Shown one piece after another: positions 27,926 through 30,441 of a DNA stretch of 30,441 nt; the stretch's first letter is position 1, and every line of letters begins with the position of its first letter. Source of the stretch: Leptospirales bacterium (lineage in GTDB: Bacteria > Spirochaetota > Leptospiria > Turneriellales > JAOUFE01). The notes under the pieces were generated by a model. That model saw only the letters and a list, made by a program, of their open reading frames with translations, was not told the DNA's origin and ran no database searches. Where the stretch lies: NCBI GenBank assembly GCA_040326155.1, contig JBEQLE010000052.1, forward strand, positions 1 to 30,441, in the 5' to 3' direction. The position numbers and the translations under genes were made by a program.

Positions 27926-28435
27926 ATGCAAATCATCAACTATATTAAATCGGGTAGCGTACCGATTACAATTATTATTTCATTCTTTGCAGCTTTGGTT
28001 TTTACTGTAAATTGCGGAAAACCGGCTTCAGATGGGGAATCTACAAACAACAGCGGTTTTGTTTTTACCGACACCTGGATAACTAAGGTTTCAGATACAA
28101 GTGAAATTTCCGCTGCTTATTTTAAGGTTGAAAATGAAACCGAGTCGGATGATCTGTTTCTTGGTGCCACTTCTAAAGTTGCTGAATTCATTGAAATTCA
28201 TGAAATGTTGCAAGATAAAGATGTTACAGGAATGAGAATGCTCGACCAGGTTGAAGTTAAAGCAAATAATTCGATACAATTTACCCCCGGAGGACTTCAC
28301 CTGATGCTTATCGGTTTAACTTCACCAGTTAAAAAAGGCGATTCAATTACCCTTATTTTGAATTTTAAAAAAGCCGGGCCGCTGAAAGTAAACTTTACAG
28401 TAAAAGCTCCGCATGAATATTATGAAGAGGATTAA
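27926..28435 (+). CDS. Copper chaperone PCu(A)C lipoprotein
   Basis: SAAYFKVEN, EIHEM...M.M and PGGLHLML motifs; lipoprotein-like signal ending in C. Confidence 0.9.
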   Translation: MQIINYIKSGSVPITIIISFFAALVFTVNCGKPASDGESTNNSGFVFTDTWITKVSDTSEISAAYFKVENETESDDLFLGATSKVAEFIEIHEMLQDKDVTGMRMLDQVEVKANNSIQFTPGGLHLMLIGLTSPVKKGDSITLILNFKKAGPLKVNFTVKAPHEYYEED

Positions 28436-28438
28436 ACC

Positions 28439-29038
28439 ATGCATATAAAAAAAATCATTATTGTCTCCATACTATTTTCAACTTTATTTACAATCGCGTG
28501 CAAGCCGAAAAGCGTAGCTTTCGATATTTTACCAATTGGGGGAGATTTTACTCTCGTTGACCAAAATAACGAACCATTTACCCTCTCGAGTTTAAAAGGC
28601 AATATCGTTTTATTGTTTTTTGGTTATACGCATTGCCCAGACGCTTGCCCCATGACGATGGGTCTTTTAGGCAAAGCTTACGACGAACTCGGCGATGATG
28701 CCAAAAGCATTAAAACTGTTTTTATTACTGTTGACCCGGAAAGGGATAATATTGAAAACATGCAAGGTTATATCGAAGGTTTCAGTGAGACTTTCCCAGG
28801 GTTTAAACCCATAGGGCTTATCGGAACGGACGATCAAATTGATGAAGTCATAAAACTATTCGCAGGAATGAGAATGAAACGTACCGGAGTGTCTAAGTCC
28901 GGATATACTATGGATCATAATACTAGTGTATTTGTTATGGATTCAAAACAACAGGTACGGTACCTTTATAAGCCCGCAGACCGATTAAATAAACTGGTCA
29001 GTATTTTAGAGGCGATGTTGGCAGCCGAAGAAAATTAA
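28439..29038 (+). CDS. SCO1/SenC family copper protein
   Basis: FFGYTHCPDACP, ITVDPERD and YTMDH motifs. Confidence 0.95.
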   Translation: MHIKKIIIVSILFSTLFTIACKPKSVAFDILPIGGDFTLVDQNNEPFTLSSLKGNIVLLFFGYTHCPDACPMTMGLLGKAYDELGDDAKSIKTVFITVDPERDNIENMQGYIEGFSETFPGFKPIGLIGTDDQIDEVIKLFAGMRMKRTGVSKSGYTMDHNTSVFVMDSKQQVRYLYKPADRLNKLVSILEAMLAAEEN

Positions 29039-29044
29039 CTGGAA

Positions 29045-29422
29045 TTAACTGGTATAACCTTTGTTTTCGTGAATATCGGGCAGGGGACGGTCTTCGAGTG
29101 CATACCAGAAAAACAGGGCTACAATTTCAGGAACAACGGTGGTATGGTTGTTGTTTTCGCTGGCTAGTATCTTCCGAATTTCCTGGCGTACTTTAACGTT
29201 TCCCGTCAGGTCGAAAATAATGTCCAGAGAGTCACCCATTCGGGAGATCTCTTCAAGAGTGTGTATAGGTATTTCTTGCTCTTTTGCTCTTACAAGACCG
29301 GGAGTATAACCGACTTCCGCGACGGCAATAATTTCAAAGCCGGGTTTTTTATGTTCGAGAAGCGTTTTTAAAAAGGAACCGCCAATGATGCCGAGTCCTA
29401 CTAGAGCGATGTTAATAGCCAT
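29045..29422 (-). CDS. Stand-alone Rossmann-like (NAD(P)-binding) small protein
   Basis: IALVGLGIIG and DIIFDLTG motifs; about 125 aa; start at ATG 29422 or TTG 29434. Confidence 0.6.
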   Translation of the reverse strand: MAINIALVGLGIIGGSFLKTLLEHKKPGFEIIAVAEVGYTPGLVRAKEQEIPIHTLEEISRMGDSLDIIFDLTGNVKVRQEIRKILASENNNHTTVVPEIVALFFWYALEDRPLPDIHENKGYTS

Positions 29423-29626
29423 ATTTTCATCCAATTCATTTATTTTTTAAATTGCTTTATTTAAAAACAAACACTATAAAAGTATAGGCAAGTCAAGCAG
29501 GAAATTCTTTGGAGTTGATGTAATAAGGTAATAAATATCGATTTATATTATAGAAAATATGAATATTAGAATAAATCAATGAAAAGTGTATTGACAGGGT
29601 GTTTTTCCCGATTTCATTAACTTTAA

Positions 29627-29926
29627 ATGAAAGTTCAACAGATATCGGAAGAAAATCTAAATAGTGCCGTACAAGGTTTAAAAGCCATTGCGCACCCGGC
29701 TCGACTTAAAATATTATGTTTTTTGCAAGGAAAAGAAGCGACAGTGAATGAAATTGTTACCATGACTGGTATGTCTCAATCAGCTGTATCGCAGCATCTG
29801 GGTAAAATGAAAGCTTTTGGTGTCTTGATCGATCGCCGTGATGGAAATCGGGTATTTTACAGCCTTTCTGATACCGAATATGGCAACCTTGTTGACGCTC
29901 TTTGCACAATTTACGATAATAAATAA
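29627..29926 (+). CDS. ArsR/SmtB-family regulator (BigR/SqrR-like)
   Basis: LKAIAHPARLKILC, SQSAVSQHL and RRDGNRVFYSL motifs; second Cys near the C-terminus. Confidence 0.9.
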   Translation: MKVQQISEENLNSAVQGLKAIAHPARLKILCFLQGKEATVNEIVTMTGMSQSAVSQHLGKMKAFGVLIDRRDGNRVFYSLSDTEYGNLVDALCTIYDNK

Positions 29927-29933
29927 TATATGA

Positions 29934-30441
29934 ATGGTACATCTTTTTTCAAGTGGCGAACGAAGTGAGTTAATCAATAAAGCAAGTATCGCTGCTGCTC
30001 GTTTAAAACAAAAAAAAATTATTGCTCTATCTACCGATACAATTTACGGCCTGGCGGGAATTTTCGAACCTTCCGTAATTGCTAGAATTCATAAGGTAAA
30101 GAAAAGAGATCTGGCAAAACCTTTTATACTTGCTTTACCTGAAAATGAAAATTTTTTACAATTTATTGATGAAAGTAAACCAGATGCGCAAAGGCTTTAT
30201 TTCATAAAACAAAAAGTAGACCAGGGTTGGCCTGGTAAAATATCATTTATTTTTGCTAAAAACCCGAATTTGCCTTACCCACCGGGCGATACAATTGGTT
30301 TGCGAATACCTAAGAAAGAAGATAACCTGTTCTTTTATACGGTTTTGCAACAAACGGGTCCACTGGTTATTCCCTCTTTAAACAAGGCAGGTAGCGAACC
30401 CCTTTTTGAGCTGAAACAGATAGAAGAAACTTTTGGAGCTG
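29934..30441 (+). CDS. tsaC: L-threonylcarbamoyladenylate synthase (TsaC/Sua5), truncated by window end
   Basis: Manual translation from ATG 29934: ...IIALSTDTIYGL...KVKKRDLAKPF...WPGKISFIF...IGLRIP...PSLN. Not in the ORF track. Confidence 0.88.
   Translation, partial: MVHLFSSGERSELINKASIAAARLKQKKIIALSTDTIYGLAGIFEPSVIARIHKVKKRDLAKPFILALPENENFLQFIDESKPDAQRLYFIKQKVDQGWPGKISFIFAKNPNLPYPPGDTIGLRIPKKEDNLFFYTVLQQTGPLVIPSLNKAGSEPLFELKQIEETFGA

Overview
Low-GC bacterial chromosome segment, probably from a Leptospiraceae-like spirochaete (inferred from gene order and content). Most of it is housekeeping or envelope genes: smpB, flgG-flgA-flgH-flgI-flgJ, rpmI-rplT, an ECF sigma factor with a zinc anti-sigma partner, glmS, a CitE-like lyase, a lysophospholipase, a transketolase N-subunit, ilvD, a DMT transporter, a HigBA-type TA pair, a Gld-like ABC operon, ubiD, a ZIP transporter, PCuAC-SCO, ArsR and a partial tsaC. 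The most interesting part is the first 1.5 kb, which the ORF track misses. It holds the 5' end of an IS110-family recombinase gene on the minus strand. The ~200-nt non-coding end upstream of it folds into two parallel internal-loop domains (bridge-RNA-like), and one loop matches the flanking junction. The element appears to sit just inside the attC site of an integron-type cassette carrying a putative ADP-ribosyltransferase toxin and small partner, with no integrase in view. Intergenic DNA also holds several palindromic, MITE-like and REP-like repeat families, a 107-bp tandem repeat and a candidate multibranch RNA. Many genes appear to be transcribed leaderless.
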